A DNA stretch of 64,000 bases from Octopus sinensis (Eukaryota), in the NCBI RefSeq assembly GCF_006345805.1, contig NC_043003.1, positions 67,270,001 through 67,334,000 of the forward strand, read 5' to 3'. The notes under the pieces are model-generated. The model had not been told where the DNA came from. It worked only from the letters and a program-made list of their open reading frames with translations, and made no database searches. Every line of letters begins with the position of its first letter. Positions within the stretch are counted from its first letter, which is position 1. Below, piece by piece: positions 12,089 to 25,952 of this stretch. The translations under genes and the position numbers were made by a program.

Positions 12089-12878
12089 TTGAAATTGTCT
12101 CCGAAGAAACAGATTTGTCAAAGGGCTCAACTCATTGTACTGTTCAGAGAATGATTATCCCAAGTCAAAATAGCAAGAAAATTGAAATGCTGAGAAAAGG
12201 TGCCCAAACGACCATAAAAAGATACAATGAGACAAATTCTTTCAAAAACCGTGAAAATGTGTACAACCCCGAGAGAAAACAGGTTGTTGAAAAGGACATA
12301 AATGGCTGATAGGAAAAAGAAAAATCTCTTCTAACGTATCTTCTGAGTTTCAGGGGGCAGCAAAGAGATATCAAGTCGCACAGTGAGAAGACGATTATTA
12401 GAAGCTGGGCTGAAAGGATGTAAAGCTAGAAAGAAACCGTGGCTGTCTGAGGTGAACAAGGAGGAGCAATTGTCTTCGGCAAACGAGCATGAAGATTGGA
12501 CTGTTATTAACTGGGCAAAAGTTGTTTGGTCCGATGAGAGCAACTTTTAGGTAGGTTCTCCATATTTGTTTCCACCAATTTATTATGCATAATTGAATTT
12601 ATTACGCTTGTACACATTTTTATTGGATACCAAAAATGATCAGTAAAATGTGTATTACTTCTCAGTGCTTTAGAACCCCTGGAGCTGTTTCTGTTCGTCG
12701 AAGAGTTAGGAAATCTTATGATCCTAGATGTGTTGTCCCAACAATCAAATTTGAACAGCCTAAATTAATGAAGAGTGGCAGAAAAATGAGCCAACCATTT
12801 CTGCCAACTTAGTCTCGAGCATGCATAAAACGCATAAAATCGGATATAAAAGCAAACAGAGGACACATCAAATATTAA
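12089..12878 (+). mobile_element. Tc1-family transposase pseudogene with an internal deletion and a putative intron
   Basis: LSPKKQICQRAQLIVLFRE*LSQVKIARKLKC / QTTIKRYNET / ISSRTVRRRLLEAGLKGCKARKKPWL...WAKVVWSDESNF / CFRTPGAVSVRRRVRKSYDPRCVVPTIKF / EEWQK...NLVSSMHK-RIKSDIKANRGHIKY* (stop 12876-12878). The second D and the E of DD34E are deleted. Confidence 0.85.
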
Positions 12879-12904
12879 TTATTGATAGAATATACTCAAA
12901 ATGT

Positions 12905-12993
12905 TTATTATTATTATTATTATTACTATTATTGTTATTATTATCATCATCATCATCATTATCACCACCACCATAACCATCACCATCATTATC

Positions 12994-13027
<34 letters not shown>

Positions 13028-13028
13028 C

Positions 13029-13080
<52 letters not shown>

Positions 13081-13082
13081 TC
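12905..13082. repeat. Compound (TAT)n/(CAT)n trinucleotide microsatellite
   Basis: Read directly from the sequence. Confidence 0.95.
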
Positions 13083-15850
13083 AATTATGAAATAAATGTG
13101 TTTCAATCATATTCAATATTTTTCCCTAACGGCCCCATAATTTTGGCTTAGGCTGTGTGCTTGTGTGTGTGTGTGTGTGTATGTGTGTGCGTGCCTGCGT
13201 GCGTGCATGTACGTATGTAAGGTATGTATGTATCTACTATTCGTGTGTGAGCGTGGATCGATTGATATTTGATCACATGTCTGCGTGTTCTCGAGTAACT
13301 TTTCAATCTACATTTTAACGTTGGTATGAAAATGCCCAACGGAGTATTTTCTGTAATGACATCTCTCTAAAAATAAACGAATATTCAAACGTAATATTAT
13401 TTTCTAATTACTTGAACCTAGAGGCAATTTAATTACAATTCAATATTGTTTTAAAATATAACACAATAAGATTTACCGAGACAGGTAGGAATATGTAGGC
13501 TTATGTTTACATATATATATATATATTTACTCTCTAATACGCAACCACACACAAAAATATGTGCTGCATCAGAAAGTGTTACTATTGTTTACGTTACTCT
13601 GTTTTAATGGAAAAATGATAATGTGTTTTATTAAAACTTATACGGGATTATTTCAATATTTGATAAGTTTTGAAGATCGAATTTATCATGGAGTATTATG
13701 CTATATTAAATAGTTAATATCCTAATAGGCTTTCGTTTCTGCATTCAGTTTGCAGGATTCTTGTTTCCCATTCGTGTGTTGTAACTATATTTTGTTGTAT
13801 CTCAGAACGATCATTGTGTTAATAATATTCATACGCACTGATTACGTTTCACTTCCTTGTTGCTTATTTGACAATTAGTTAACTATTTAACGAATTAACA
13901 TATCGATTCCTTGATTAATCTTTCGGTCAGTCATTCAGTTAGTTTCTCAAAGTCTTTTCGTTGCCGTTCGCGAGCTCATTTATAACACACACTCTCTTTC
14001 TCTCTCTCTCTCTCTCTAATCCAGGTTAATTGGTTAAATATTTAGCCAACTGACATCATTATAAAAGCAAATAGAAAGGGTGCATTTGTTTGTTATATGC
14101 ATAATCATCATCCCATGATACAATAAAACAACATTAATGACGATTTTACAGATGCCGTGTGGACTTTTATTTTACGGAAATATCGCCATAAATTGCTCCA
14201 CTTTATCCTTCTAATAACTTTTACGCGTCCTTTGTATAATTTTTCGTATTTGCTTTCTATAATACTTTTCTTATTTACCAATTAAACACACCCTAAGAGT
14301 GCGTGTGTTTAAATTGCAAGGTGGACCATTCGGAATTATTAAAATATCTATTTCAACACACGTTTTCACATCAAGAATCTTGAGCGTAAATAATTCCCTG
14401 TCAACGTGAATGTGGCAAAAAATATAAATAATATTTTTTTTTCCTTTTTGTTTGTTTTCTTTCTTTTTAATATTTCTTTCATCTACGCTTGGAATAGGTA
14501 TATTATTTTCTTCAACTTCCATTGCAAGACGGCGACACTTTGTTTCATCGCATATCGTTTTAGCAAATGTTTCCCAGCTGTAAATTTCTCTTGTTACCTT
14601 GTTACCTAACGAAATCAAGTAGAAAGAACTGCATTCCCACCGATTCGAAGCCAATTTCCTCGATATCTTTTTGCAACATCTCTGTCTTTAGTTGTTATCC
14701 ATCCTGAAGAATATTAACGCCTATCATTTCCAACGTTTCAAAACGTCTGTTATTGTAACATGGAGTGTTTCAATCTTCTGCTCTTTAATTGCCATAAATA
14801 AGCCCTACATATTATATGTCATTATTTTAATTATATGTGTAATTAATTAGTGATTATATATTGTGTTGTATAATTTCTATTTCAATTAAAATGATTACAA
14901 ATTTATAAGCATTGAGCATGTAGAAATACATAAAAAATTTGATGTGTTTTAATAAATCTTTGTGTTTCGTTTCAGTCAGTGATGGCACAGCGGCCATGTT
15001 GGGGCACCACTTTGAAAGGTTTGGGCCGAATATATCACGACCAGTAATTATTATGTTAAATTTGACCCTTATCATACTAGCTTCTTTGGCTGAAAAGCTA
15101 AGTAACGAGGACATGAATAAACCACCACCAGTTATCAAGTAATGAGGGGGTGGAAACAAGCACAAAAACACACACAAACACATGCACGCTACATAAGTAC
15201 GCTAGCACTACTACCCATATATGTACGTACGTATGTATCACTGGATTTCACACGGTTTAATCTATCAATTTCACTCACAAAACACCGATCGTCTCAAGGC
15301 TATATCAAAAGACACTTGCATAAGTGCTAAATTGGCCTGCCAACAAATGTTTGCAAAGTGACTTTCTGAACCGCACAGCCATTTCTACGCCTGTATAAAC
15401 ATTTCCGGTTATTATCCACCGTATCGAATTTACTGCCAGTGTTCAGTTTATATAACTAGGTAAACATTATACATTGGTAGGTTTCTTACAACCAAAAAAT
15501 CTTATTATTTGCATTTCTGATATTTCACAGTAGATGAGTTTTTCTATCAAACCACCATCTGGTCAAATGAAAATCTTGGAGAAACCTTTACAAATTTAGA
15601 ATATAAATAATCATAAAACAAATTTTCTTTTCCTTGTAAATAACAAGTCGTCTTGTAGTATTCAGATGAGATTGCGTATCATACTTATTTCTTACAAGGA
15701 ATAAAAAGAAAGCAAAATCATTTATTAAAAACAAAATGTCGGAACGTCATTGTATGTTTATATGATTTATCATTGTTTGAATTTAATACGAATTTCGGAT
15801 GTCTATTGTACATTTTACATTTTCTTCGTGTTTCAGTTTTCCAACCAGCA

Positions 15851-15851
15851 T

Positions 15852-15897
<46 letters not shown>

Positions 15898-15930
15898 GCC
15901 ACCATCACTATTGCTGCTGCTGTTGCTGTT
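15851..15930. repeat. (CTA)n(CCA)n(GCT)n microsatellite
   Basis: Read directly from the sequence. Confidence 0.9.
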
Positions 15931-17379
15931 CCTGGCGCAGCTGCTACTCTCCTCCTTGCTACAACGAATAGAATCGTTTGTAATGGAGATGCGTTGAGTC
16001 AGAACCCGAGGCTTTGTTGAATTTTGTTGTAAAGTATTTTTTTTTTTACAGTTGCAATTTTTTGTTAAAACTCTGAATAAGTACTCCTTCTAAAACTGGG
16101 TGGAGTGAAGTACTATAGAATTGTGCCTGACGGGTACTTGTTTTTGAATATTTTATTTTCTCTTACGTGTTTATTTATCTTAATTCGAATTATGGTGTCA
16201 GCATGGCCTTCTATGCGATTCAGCGTGATGGTTGTGGGTAGAACGATTCATACCACAGCCAATTTCATACGAAATTTTAAACTCTCCCTCTGTTCCGGTC
16301 TAACACGATTACAGCGAATGATGGCAGGAAGAATTAGTCCCTGCATGTAAACAACAAAACCTGAAATAACTGATTCAGCCATAATGATAATAGTAATAAA
16401 GTAAGCACAGCGAGTTTAACACCAACAACAAAATTTGTAACGAGGTCTACAGTATCAAAAACAGCAACAAAATTTATAACGACGTGTGCAATAACAACAA
16501 CAGCAACAGTGAAGAGAAATAGATATGAGAACAGTAAGAAAACAACAAATGCAATAACTCCTTCAGCGACACCAGCAACATCAATTACGGAGACAGCAAC
16601 ACAACAGCAGCAGCTGCCGCTGCAACAACTAGATCTACAACAGCAATCCCACAGCTAACAATGACAGCAGCACCAGAAGAATAACAGCAATTAAAATTTA
16701 ACTGGCGTTGAGCTGTTGCATGGGTAGGTAATATTTTCCTAGAATGGCGGCAAAGTCAACGTAATAATTCTCGCACTCCTAAATAAAAAGGACATACGTC
16801 TTAGAAAAGCTGCACGATTTGTGAGGGGGAAGAGAGCACCAGCTGCAAATCCAGCCGAGGTTTTGAGCAACAACTACCAGGAGGACGGAGATATATTGCT
16901 GTGGACCGGCAAAATACTTGATGCTAAGAACCAGCAACACAATCTCTACATGAAGAAACCTTAAAAATTTAGGGACAGCTATAGAAACTGTGAACAGGGC
17001 AAGGTTGTTAGGGGCCTGAAGGTCCTCTTCAAGTGCAAGGCTCTCACGCTGAACTCTATAGCTCTTGTACTTGCCAGGAAAATCAACAAAGAAACACGTT
17101 TAAGGAAAAGTACGTTTCGCATTAACAAAGAGATAATGATAATTCCACATAGATTGGACACCTGATAGATCTTCACCAGTGACACGTACGAAGAGGAAGT
17201 TTTGATTCGGGACATCAGGGAAGATCTTCTGCCAGTTCAAGATAGCGATTAATGGTGGGAAAGAACCTAGCTCTTATCTTAAAAAAAAAATATATATATA
17301 TATAGGACAATAAAGTTACTAGCTTCTGCCGGTGGAGCAATCTCAACAACAGCAACAACTTGCATCAATAAGAGCATCA

Positions 17380-18030
17380 GTATCAATGGTAGAATCGTTA
17401 GCACGCGGGCGAAATGCTTGCATATAATTCGCCCATCTTTAAGTTTTGAGTTCAAATCCCACCGAGGCCGACTTTGCCTTTCGTCCTTTCGTAGTCGATA
17501 CAGTAATTACCAGATGACCGCCGGGGTCGATGCAGTCGACTTACGCATTCACTAGAAATTGTTGGCATTGTGCAAAAATTAAAAATTATTATTATTACTA
17601 CTACTACTACTACCATTATTATTATTATTATTATTATTATAAAACGCGGCGAGCTGGCAGAAACGTTAGCACGCCGGGCGAAATGCGTAGCCGTATTTCG
17701 TCTGCCGTTAGGTTCTGAGTTCAAACTCTGCCGAGGTCGACTTTGCCTTTCATCCTTTCGGGGTCGATAAATTAAGTACTAGTTACGCACTGGGGTCGAT
17801 ATAATCGACTTAATCCCCGTGTCTGTCCTTGTTTGTCCACTCTATGTTTAGCCCCTTGTGGGTAGAAAAGAAATAAGTATTTCGCCAGTCTCTACGTTCT
17901 CAGTTGAAATTCTTTTCCTTGTTTCAGGGTCGATAAATGTAAGTACCACTTGAACACTGGGATCGATGTAATCGACTAATCCCCTCCCCTAAACTTGCTG
18001 CCCTTGTGGCAAAATTTGAAACAATTATAA
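17380..18030 (+). mobile_element. Three SINE family A units (one monomer, then a dimer at 17645-18030)
   Basis: Same head and core motifs as 7281-8520. Confidence 0.85.
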
Positions 18031-18264
18031 TTGTTATCGATTCTTTTTTTTTTGTATCAAAATTACTCTGAAGCATAACAAAGAAGCAATCTAACCAAGA
18101 AAAAGAAACTTAAAATAGACAGAAAAAGCAAAAGAAATCAAAGTTTAACGAATGCTAAGAAATGTTGCTTATGAGGTTTCATGTCTGTGTGGTTTGTTCA
18201 ACATTTGGAGAAAATAAAATAAAAGATTGATTATTATTTGCAGAGCAGACTTATAGTACTAGCG

Positions 18265-18805
18265 TGAAGGCGCGTGGATCAGTGGTTAGGGCTTTAGGCT
18301 CATGATCGTGAGGTCGTGAGTTCAATTCCCGACGACGCGTTCTGTCTTTGAGCAAGGCACTTTGTTACTCTATTTCACGTTGCTCCAGTTCACTCAGCTG
18401 GCAAAAATGAGTAATACCTGTGTTTCAAAGGTCCAGCCTTATCACACTCTGTGTCACGCTGAATCTCCCTGAGAACTACGTTAAGTGCACACGGCTGTGG
18501 AGTGGTGGAGGTGCAATGGCCCAGTGGTTGAGGCAGCGGAATTGCGATTGTAGGATCGCGGTTTCGATTCCCAGACTGGGCGTTGTGAGTGTGTTTTGAG
18601 CGAAAACACCTAAAGCTCCACGTGGCTTCCGACAGAGGGTTGTAGTGAACCATGCTGTACAAGGGACAGCCTTGTCTCACTCTGTGTCACGCTGAATCTA
18701 CCCGAGAACTACATGTCTGTGGGGTGCTCAGCCACTTGCACGTTAATTTCACGAGCAGGATGTTCTATTGATCAGATACACGCGTTGTCGTAACCGACCG
18801 AGTGC
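18265..18805 (+). mobile_element. SINE family C (18265-18500) followed directly by SINE family D (18503-18805)
   Basis: Two different tRNA-like heads (GGCGCGTGGATCAGTGGTTAGGG...GAGTTCAATTCC; GCAATGGCCCAGTGGTT...GGTTTCGATTCC) share the body CCTTGTCACACTCTGTGTCACGCTGAATCTCCCTGAGAACTAC. Confidence 0.8.
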
Positions 18806-19077
18806 CAGGATAGTACTAGCGAACACGCACATACATACATACATACATACATACATACATGCATACAGGCTTACATAACACATGCATCCATACAAACATA
18901 CATGCATGCACGCATACATACATACGTATATCATTAGCCATTGCCCCAGCAATTAATAATTGTCTAACACTTTGTAAATGAACTGTTCTGTGATGTTCAT
19001 GTATGTATGAACTCAATAATTTAATCAGACGCACACATGAGAAAACGCAGAAAAATGAATTAAGTTTAAATATTTTC

Positions 19078-19443
19078 TCTCTATATATATAAACGGCAGT
19101 TTGTCTGTCTGCGTGTCTGTGTGTCTGTTAGGTTGTACCCTCACCCTGACCACGGCTTTCAACCGATTCTGATGAAACTTGACACACACAGAGCCCAATG
19201 TCATAATTCAAAACTAACGCAGCGAAAATTTTGAAAAGTTCCTCCAGTTCTGAAAAAAATCGATGAATTCGACGTGGGGTCGAGAATCATAAACACAAAC
19301 CACAGACTGTTTAGGGGACGCAACTCGACCTTTTTAGCTCTCAAAGAAAATTTACCATCATTTATTTTCCATTTTTTTGCTATTTTTTGGCTATAACTCT
19401 CTAACCCCTTACAAACCCGAGCAACGCCGGGCGATACTGCTAG
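19078..19443 (+). mobile_element. Non-autonomous Helitron-like element
   Basis: Starts TCTCTATATATATAAACGG followed by (GTCT)-like repeats. Ends with a 16-nt GC hairpin CCCGAGCAACGCCGGG (19416-19431), 8 nt before the terminal CTAG (19440-19443), then T. Confidence 0.75.
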
Positions 19444-19525
19444 TTATTAATATAACCAGGTTCAAGATGATATTATGAGAATGGTTTTAACAAATGTGTA
19501 AATAAGTAATAGGCATAAGTCATAT

Positions 19526-19696
19526 TCTTTTCTACTCTAGGCACAAGGCCCGAAATATTTGGGGAGAGGACCAGTTGATTAGATCGACTCCAGTACGCAA
19601 CCGGCATTTAATTTATCGACCTTGAATGGGTTGATCTAATCCACTGCTCTCCTCCCCACCAAAAAATTTCGGGCCTTGTGCCTGGAGTAGAAAAGA
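19526..19696. repeat. Inverted pair of SINE A 3' ends (hairpin, arms about 65-70 bp)
   Basis: CTTTTCTACTCTAGGCACAAGGCCCGAAAT... versus ...ATTTCGGGCCTTGTGCCTGGAGTAGAAAAG. Confidence 0.8.
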
Positions 19697-19904
19697 TTTT
19701 CTTTTATTTTTTTTTACTTGTTTCATGCCATAACACCACCCTGAAAGGTTTAGAGAAAGAAATCGACCCAAGTTTATCTCTAGTATGTTATGATGGTTTA
19801 AATAAACCAAAATATCTTATCGAGCAAACAAAACATACAATGCGTGAGTTTACTTGGCAACATATGACCATACCCGCGCATCGTATTGTATCATGCCTGT
19901 ATAT

Positions 19905-20135
19905 GTGTGTGTGTGTGTGTGTGTGTATTTGTGTTTGTATCTGTCACCCACCATCGATTGACAACCGGTGTTGGTGTGATTACATCTTCGTAACTTAGCG
20001 GTTCGGCAAAAACTGTCCGATACAATAATTACGAGACTTAGCACAATATTTAAGTTCTAGGTTTCATTCATTCGACTACAAACTCCTCAAGTTGGTGCCT
20101 CAGCATAGCCGCAGTATAATGCTTGAAACAAATAG
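19905..20135 (+). mobile_element. SINE family B, 3' half
   Basis: GACAACCGGTGTTGGTGTG...ACTTAGCGGTTCGGCAAAA...CAGCATAGCCGCAGT matches the B copies at 29185 and 38860. Confidence 0.7.
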
Positions 20136-20154
20136 AATACATACATCCTTAAAG

Positions 20155-20470
20155 ACTCCGCCGGTTACAACGACGAGGGTCCCAGCTGATACGATCAACG
20201 GAACAGCTTGCTCGTGAAATTAACGTGCAAATGGCTGAGCATTCCACAGACACGTGTACCCTTAACGTAGTTCTCGGGGATAATCAGCGTGACACAGAGA
20301 GTGACAAGGCTGACCCTTTGAAATACAAGTACAACTCATTTTTGCCAGCTGAGTGGACTGGAGCAACGTGAAATAAAGTGTCTTGCTCAAAGACACAACG
20401 CGTCGCCGGGAATCGAACTCACAACCTTCCGATCATGAGCCGAATGCCCTAACCACTAAGCCACGCGCCC
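20155..20470 (-). mobile_element. SINE family C, near full length
   Basis: Minus head GGCGCGTGGCTTAGTGGTTAGGGCATTCGGCTCATGATCGGAAGGTTGTGAGTTCGATTCC plus the full C/D body. Confidence 0.85.
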
Positions 20471-20479
20471 TCACAGAAT

Positions 20480-20825
<346 letters not shown>

Positions 20826-20834
20826 TCCATCTTT

Positions 20835-21235
20835 TATTTGCTTCAGTAATCAGACTGCGGCCATGCTGGGGCACCGCCTTCAGGAATCTGTAGTTAAATA
20901 AATCGACGTCAATATTCAATACTTAACTTTCTTAAAACCTAGTATTAACTATTTCATTGGTGTCATCTGCCGAATTGCTAAAATATGGGGACGTAAACAC
21001 ACCAACACCAGTTGTCAAGTAGTGGTGGGGACAAACACAGATACACAAACACATACGTATAAATACGTAAGGTGGGATTGTTTCCCTTTCCGCCAATCAA
21101 ATCCATTCACAAGGCTTTGGTCGTTAAGAGGGTATATTAGAAGCGGTTTGTCAAGGTTCCATGCAGTAAGGGCGAACCTGGAATCATGTGGTTGGTAAGC
21201 ATTTTTTTTTACCATGCAGTTTCTCACGCGCCTAT
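20835..21235 (-). mobile_element. SINE family B, diverged
   Basis: GACTGCGGCCATGCTGGGGCACCGCC...CAAGGCTTTGGTCG...ATCATGTGGTTGGTAAGC. Confidence 0.75.
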
Positions 21236-21799
21236 ATGCGTGTATGTATATGTGTGTGTGTGTGTGGTGTGTGTGTGTGTGTGTCGCTTTAATTATAACT
21301 AACTCGTAATTGCCTTCCTTTTGGTTTCATTATTAACACATTAAATTCTTATGACCTGCAGTCAAAGAAGTAAAACGCCCTGTCGACAGCACTCGTTCAT
21401 ACGGAAGCATGTGTTCAAAACTATACCACACTCTCTCTATCTCTCTCTCCCTCTTTCTCTCTCTCTCTCTCTTTCCCTCTCCCCCTCTAAGAAATTTTTT
21501 TTAAAAATCGAATGCTACTTTTTTCCTTCGAACTTTATACTTGGGTATGTGTTGATTGATTATCTCACTTTCTCACTCACTGTCTTTTCGTTTACCGCTG
21601 CGTACTTACTTTATTCTCGAGGTGAAAATAACTTGAATAAATAATTTATATGCAATGCAATTTAGTTTAACTCAATTTACCCGTGTTATCTAAATTCATG
21701 CTTCCGGCCAACAGAGTTGTTTATCTTGGCACGTAGGTTTGGTAGGATAAAGATGAGAATTTTAACTTGATAGCTAAATTAAAGCATAATATACACACA

Positions 21800-21955
21800 A
21801 ACACATACATACATACGTACATACATGCATGCATGCATACATGCATGCATGCATACATACATACATACATACATACATACATAACGTACATACATGCATG
21901 CATACATGCATGCATACATGCATGCATGCATACATACATACATACATACATACAT
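21800..21955. repeat. (ATAC)n/(ATGC)n tetranucleotide microsatellite
   Basis: Read directly from the sequence. Confidence 0.9.
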
Positions 21956-22285
21956 GTCTGTGCTTGTATATCTGTTTATATTTCATATCTGTATACAACG
22001 TTTATGTGTGTAAACTATTGTATGTGTTACGCTGTTTTATTCCACAGTGTATTTTTCTATGATGTTAAGCTTCCTTTGCTACTAGGGATGATTTTAAAAC
22101 TAATTTCTTATCAAGCGAGATTCCAATATTTTAATTAAAACTTCCTTTAGAATGTATACTTTTTTTCTATGTAAGATTAGTGATTTAAAAGTACAAATCA
22201 CCAATCACTCAGACACGAAACCTCATATATGCATTAGATTTTTTTATTAATTAATCAAAATCGCGCATAAATAACTATATATATT

Positions 22286-22582
22286 GGGTTCAGTCCCACT
22301 GCGTGGCAACTTGAGCAAGTGTCTTCTACTATAGCCTCAAGCCGACCAAATCTGTAAGTGGATTTGCTAGACGGAAACTGAAAGAAGCCCGTCATGTGTG
22401 TGTGTGTGTGTGCGTGTGTGTGTATGGTGAGAATTTACAAAAAACAAAAAAACAAAGACGAAGACGGCTATATGAACAACAAACAGGTGTAATAGTTTAA
22501 CGCTGGGGAAGTGAGAAAACCTTTTACGTTTCGAGCCTACGCTCTTCAACAGACAGGAACACAAAAATAAACAGGAAGAGAA

Positions 22583-22622
<40 letters not shown>

Positions 22623-22803
22623 TGTGTCTCTTTGTGTCTGTGATTGTCCCCTACCATCCCTTGACAACTGCTGTTGTGGTGTTTACGTCCAGTACCTTAG
22701 CGTTTCGACCAAAGAAACCGATAGAATAAGTACTAGGCTTACAAAGAATAATGTTCGACAAAAGGCGGTGCTCCAGCACGGCCGCAGTCAAATGATTGAA
22801 ACG

Positions 22804-22861
<58 letters not shown>

Positions 22862-22990
22862 TTATCTACTTGTTTATTTTTCTATCTATCTATCTATCTA
22901 TCTATCTATTCAGCTATCAATAGAATAAGTACTAGGCTCACAAAGAATAAGTCCTGGGTCGATTGGTTCGATTACAGGCGGTGCTCCCGA
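22286..22990 (+). mobile_element. SINE family B interrupted by an HHR-variant element, with a duplicated 3' part
   Basis: 5' half 22286-22410, insertion 22425-22582, 3' half 22610-22810, and a second partial 3' copy at 22915-22990. Confidence 0.75.
22425..22582 (-). mobile_element. Short PLE-type element (family F) with variant HHR at 22556-22521
   Basis: Minus strand CTGT-CTGTTGA-A-GAGC-GTAG-GCTC-GAAAC-GTA-AAAG, flanked by microsatellites. Homologous to 31585-31818 and to the tail at about 45155-45210. Confidence 0.65.
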
Positions 22991-23166
22991 ATATATAACC
23001 CGGCACTCAGTTGATTATGACCATAAGTATTCCAGTTGATCCGATCAACAGTACAAATAGCTCGTGCTTGAGTATTCCGCAAACGTGCGTAACATGACAT
23101 AGTCCTAAGAGAGAATCAACGTAACACCGAACGTTAGAATGTTGGCCCTGTTAACTTAAGGGAAGA

Positions 23167-23392
23167 AATATTTTTCTCAGTCTTGGCAGTTGCAACACGT
23201 CGAGACCTTGGGTCATTTCAAGACTCTCCTTCCCTCACTTAAATTCAGATGCCCATCTTTGCACTGTTGATAAACCTGGAGCATCATCCTCTAATGTAGC
23301 AAGCATATCAGGATGAATGTCCTTAGGAGCTAAACCATTTTCTTCAGGTATTTGATAACACTTTGATCCCTTCGATGCCAAAGTTTATCCAA
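23167..23392 (-). mobile_element. mariner transposase N-terminal HTH fragment
   Basis: LDKLWHR..SVIKYLKK/NGLAPKDIHPDMLATLEDDAPGLSTVQRWASEFK*GKESLE/DPRSRRVATAKTEKNI matches the mariner pattern STV..W..EF..G..SLED.PRSGRP. Confidence 0.85.
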
Positions 23393-23776
23393 TTTAATGA
23401 GACATCGCTGCTAGTTAAATTTGGAGACTTCATTGAACAGTCAGTTGTCAGTTTACCTTAAAACAAACAATTCAGTTATTAATAAAATGTGTGGAAATTG
23501 ATATGCATGCAAGATCTCACAGCTCTAGCATCACTCATTCGTAACAAGTCTATGAACTTTTCAGCCCATCTTCATAGATGTTTGTGTGTGTGTGTGCGTG
23601 GGTAAAAGAATATATACATAGTACCCAATAAAGTCTATTACAGATGACATCTATTTTAGTAACACTTTTACCCAACTGCCACTACAAAATTACTGCAGTA
23701 AATTTACGAATGACAACAGGTGATCGAAACTGTGCCGGTACTTTACTCATCATCCATTTATACATTTTGTACAATT

Positions 23777-23807
<31 letters not shown>

Positions 23808-24266
23808 CTTGATTTCAATATTTTGGAACAAAGGATTATGTACTGAAGACTCGTGCTGTTTAGAATATCTGAGGTAATCAAGAACAAATTGTCAAATCAA
23901 TGGCAGATGCTGGTGAAGATAAAATTGAAAACATTCGTGTTTCTCACTTGTACTGTATGTGTGTCGGGGGAGTGTACAATACAGTAAAAGAGAAAAGCAC
24001 ACAGATACCTATGCGTGTGGGTGTGTGGCTGTGTGTCTGCATATATATTTGTTAGCCTGTTTCTACCCATGTGTATGCAAGTGTGAGTGTGTTTATTCAT
24101 AAATCCTAAATATTAAAAAAATTATTCTGCATGAGGTTCATTCGGTTGGCTTTGATTATACAATGCAACATTTGGAGAGGATAATGGTGACGACAATGGC
24201 AACGTACATGATGACAATGTGGGTGGTGGCAGCAATGATGCCGTTGCTGCTGGATGTCGTTATAAT

Positions 24267-24269
<3 letters not shown>

Positions 24270-24349
<80 letters not shown>

Positions 24350-24405
24350 TGAACAACAACAATAACAGTCATAATAACAATCATAACAATAATGACAATA
24401 ATAAC

Positions 24406-24447
<42 letters not shown>

Positions 24448-24457
24448 TAATAATAAT
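24270..24457. repeat. (AAT)n microsatellite
   Basis: Read directly from the sequence. Confidence 0.95.
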
Positions 24458-25239
24458 ATTGTTCTCTAGTTTGTATGTATCGTTGACGTAATTAACAACT
24501 GTTGTCTCTAGAGACTTCTATTGAATTTACACATTCTAAATACGAGAGCATATTCAAAAAGTGAAACTCAGTGAAAGAGTAGAGGATAAGAAAGACAGAG
24601 TAAGTGAGACGGAGAGAGATTGAGAGAGAGAGAGAGAGAGAGAGATTGATTGATTGAGAGAAAGGGAGAAAAATATACAAAATAACAAGCGAGCAGAAGA
24701 GATGGTTTCACAGAGCCATGTTAATTAATGAAATATTTCAACATTTGCAATATCGACCGCTAGTGCAAATATAAAAGTGTATAAATATTATAGAAAGCTA
24801 TCCTTTCTTTGAAACACCAGGAAATCTGTATATTCTTCATAGAAGGCAATCCGAAATAAATCGGTACTGGAGTTTTCAGTAATTTTACTTTAAACCAACA
24901 ATAAATTTTCAGATTATTTCACTATATAGGAAGAACGCCTTTATCTATACATATCAATCATATATACATGCACTCACCTGTGTGTGTATATGTGTGTATG
25001 CATACGCATATACACACACAGGTGAATGTACTTATGCACGATTAATGTATAGATATAGTGGGTGTTCTTTACAGAAAGCGCTAAGAACGCCACTATTAAT
25101 ATAGATCAATTGTCCATACGTTCATGCGTGTGTACATGCGGACATACATACATACATATATATACATACATACATACATACATATATATATATAATATAT
25201 ATATATATATACATATATACATACATATGTATATATATG

Positions 25240-25306
<67 letters not shown>

Positions 25307-25761
25307 ATGTAGAGTAATCACCTTTTGCCAGTATAATGTTGCAGTCCCAGGATGGGACGAATATTACCGTTATTTAGCCCCAGGAATCATCGTTTCTTGC
25401 TGGCTGTACGACACAAAACAATTGTGTCCGTATATTCTCGAACAGGGGAGATCAGCAGCTCTACCCAGAAATCCACAGACCGGTTTCTGGGTTATTGCCG
25501 TTTATCAGCTTGGAGTAGCTTGGTTGACCTGATGTCGATACTGAACTGCTGTTGAAAATATAGAGATTTCAAAGTGACACACAGCCACAGATCTACAAAA
25601 TTGAAATATTTTTTCTAAATCCCTCAAAAAGCAATGTGCAGTAACATCACAATAAAGTAAATACTTTTTGCTAACGTAATGTGGTAGTCCCAGGATGGGA
25701 CGAATAGTATTTTTATTTAGTCTCAGGAAACATTTGTGTGTATGTATATATAGATACACAG

Positions 25762-25804
<43 letters not shown>

Positions 25805-25873
25805 CACATAAGCATTCATGTGCATGAACAGACGCACACATATTCTCTCTCTTACGCACACATACACACACTC

Positions 25874-25909
<36 letters not shown>

Positions 25910-25921
25910 GTATAAATGCAT

Positions 25922-25952
<31 letters not shown>

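Noticed and set aside
16690-17280. GC-richer segment vaguely like a decayed RT
   Set aside because: No QG or YADD-like motif could be aligned.
19160-19185. CTGATGAAAC inside the Helitron as an HHR
   Set aside because: No stem II between CUGAUGA and GAAAC.
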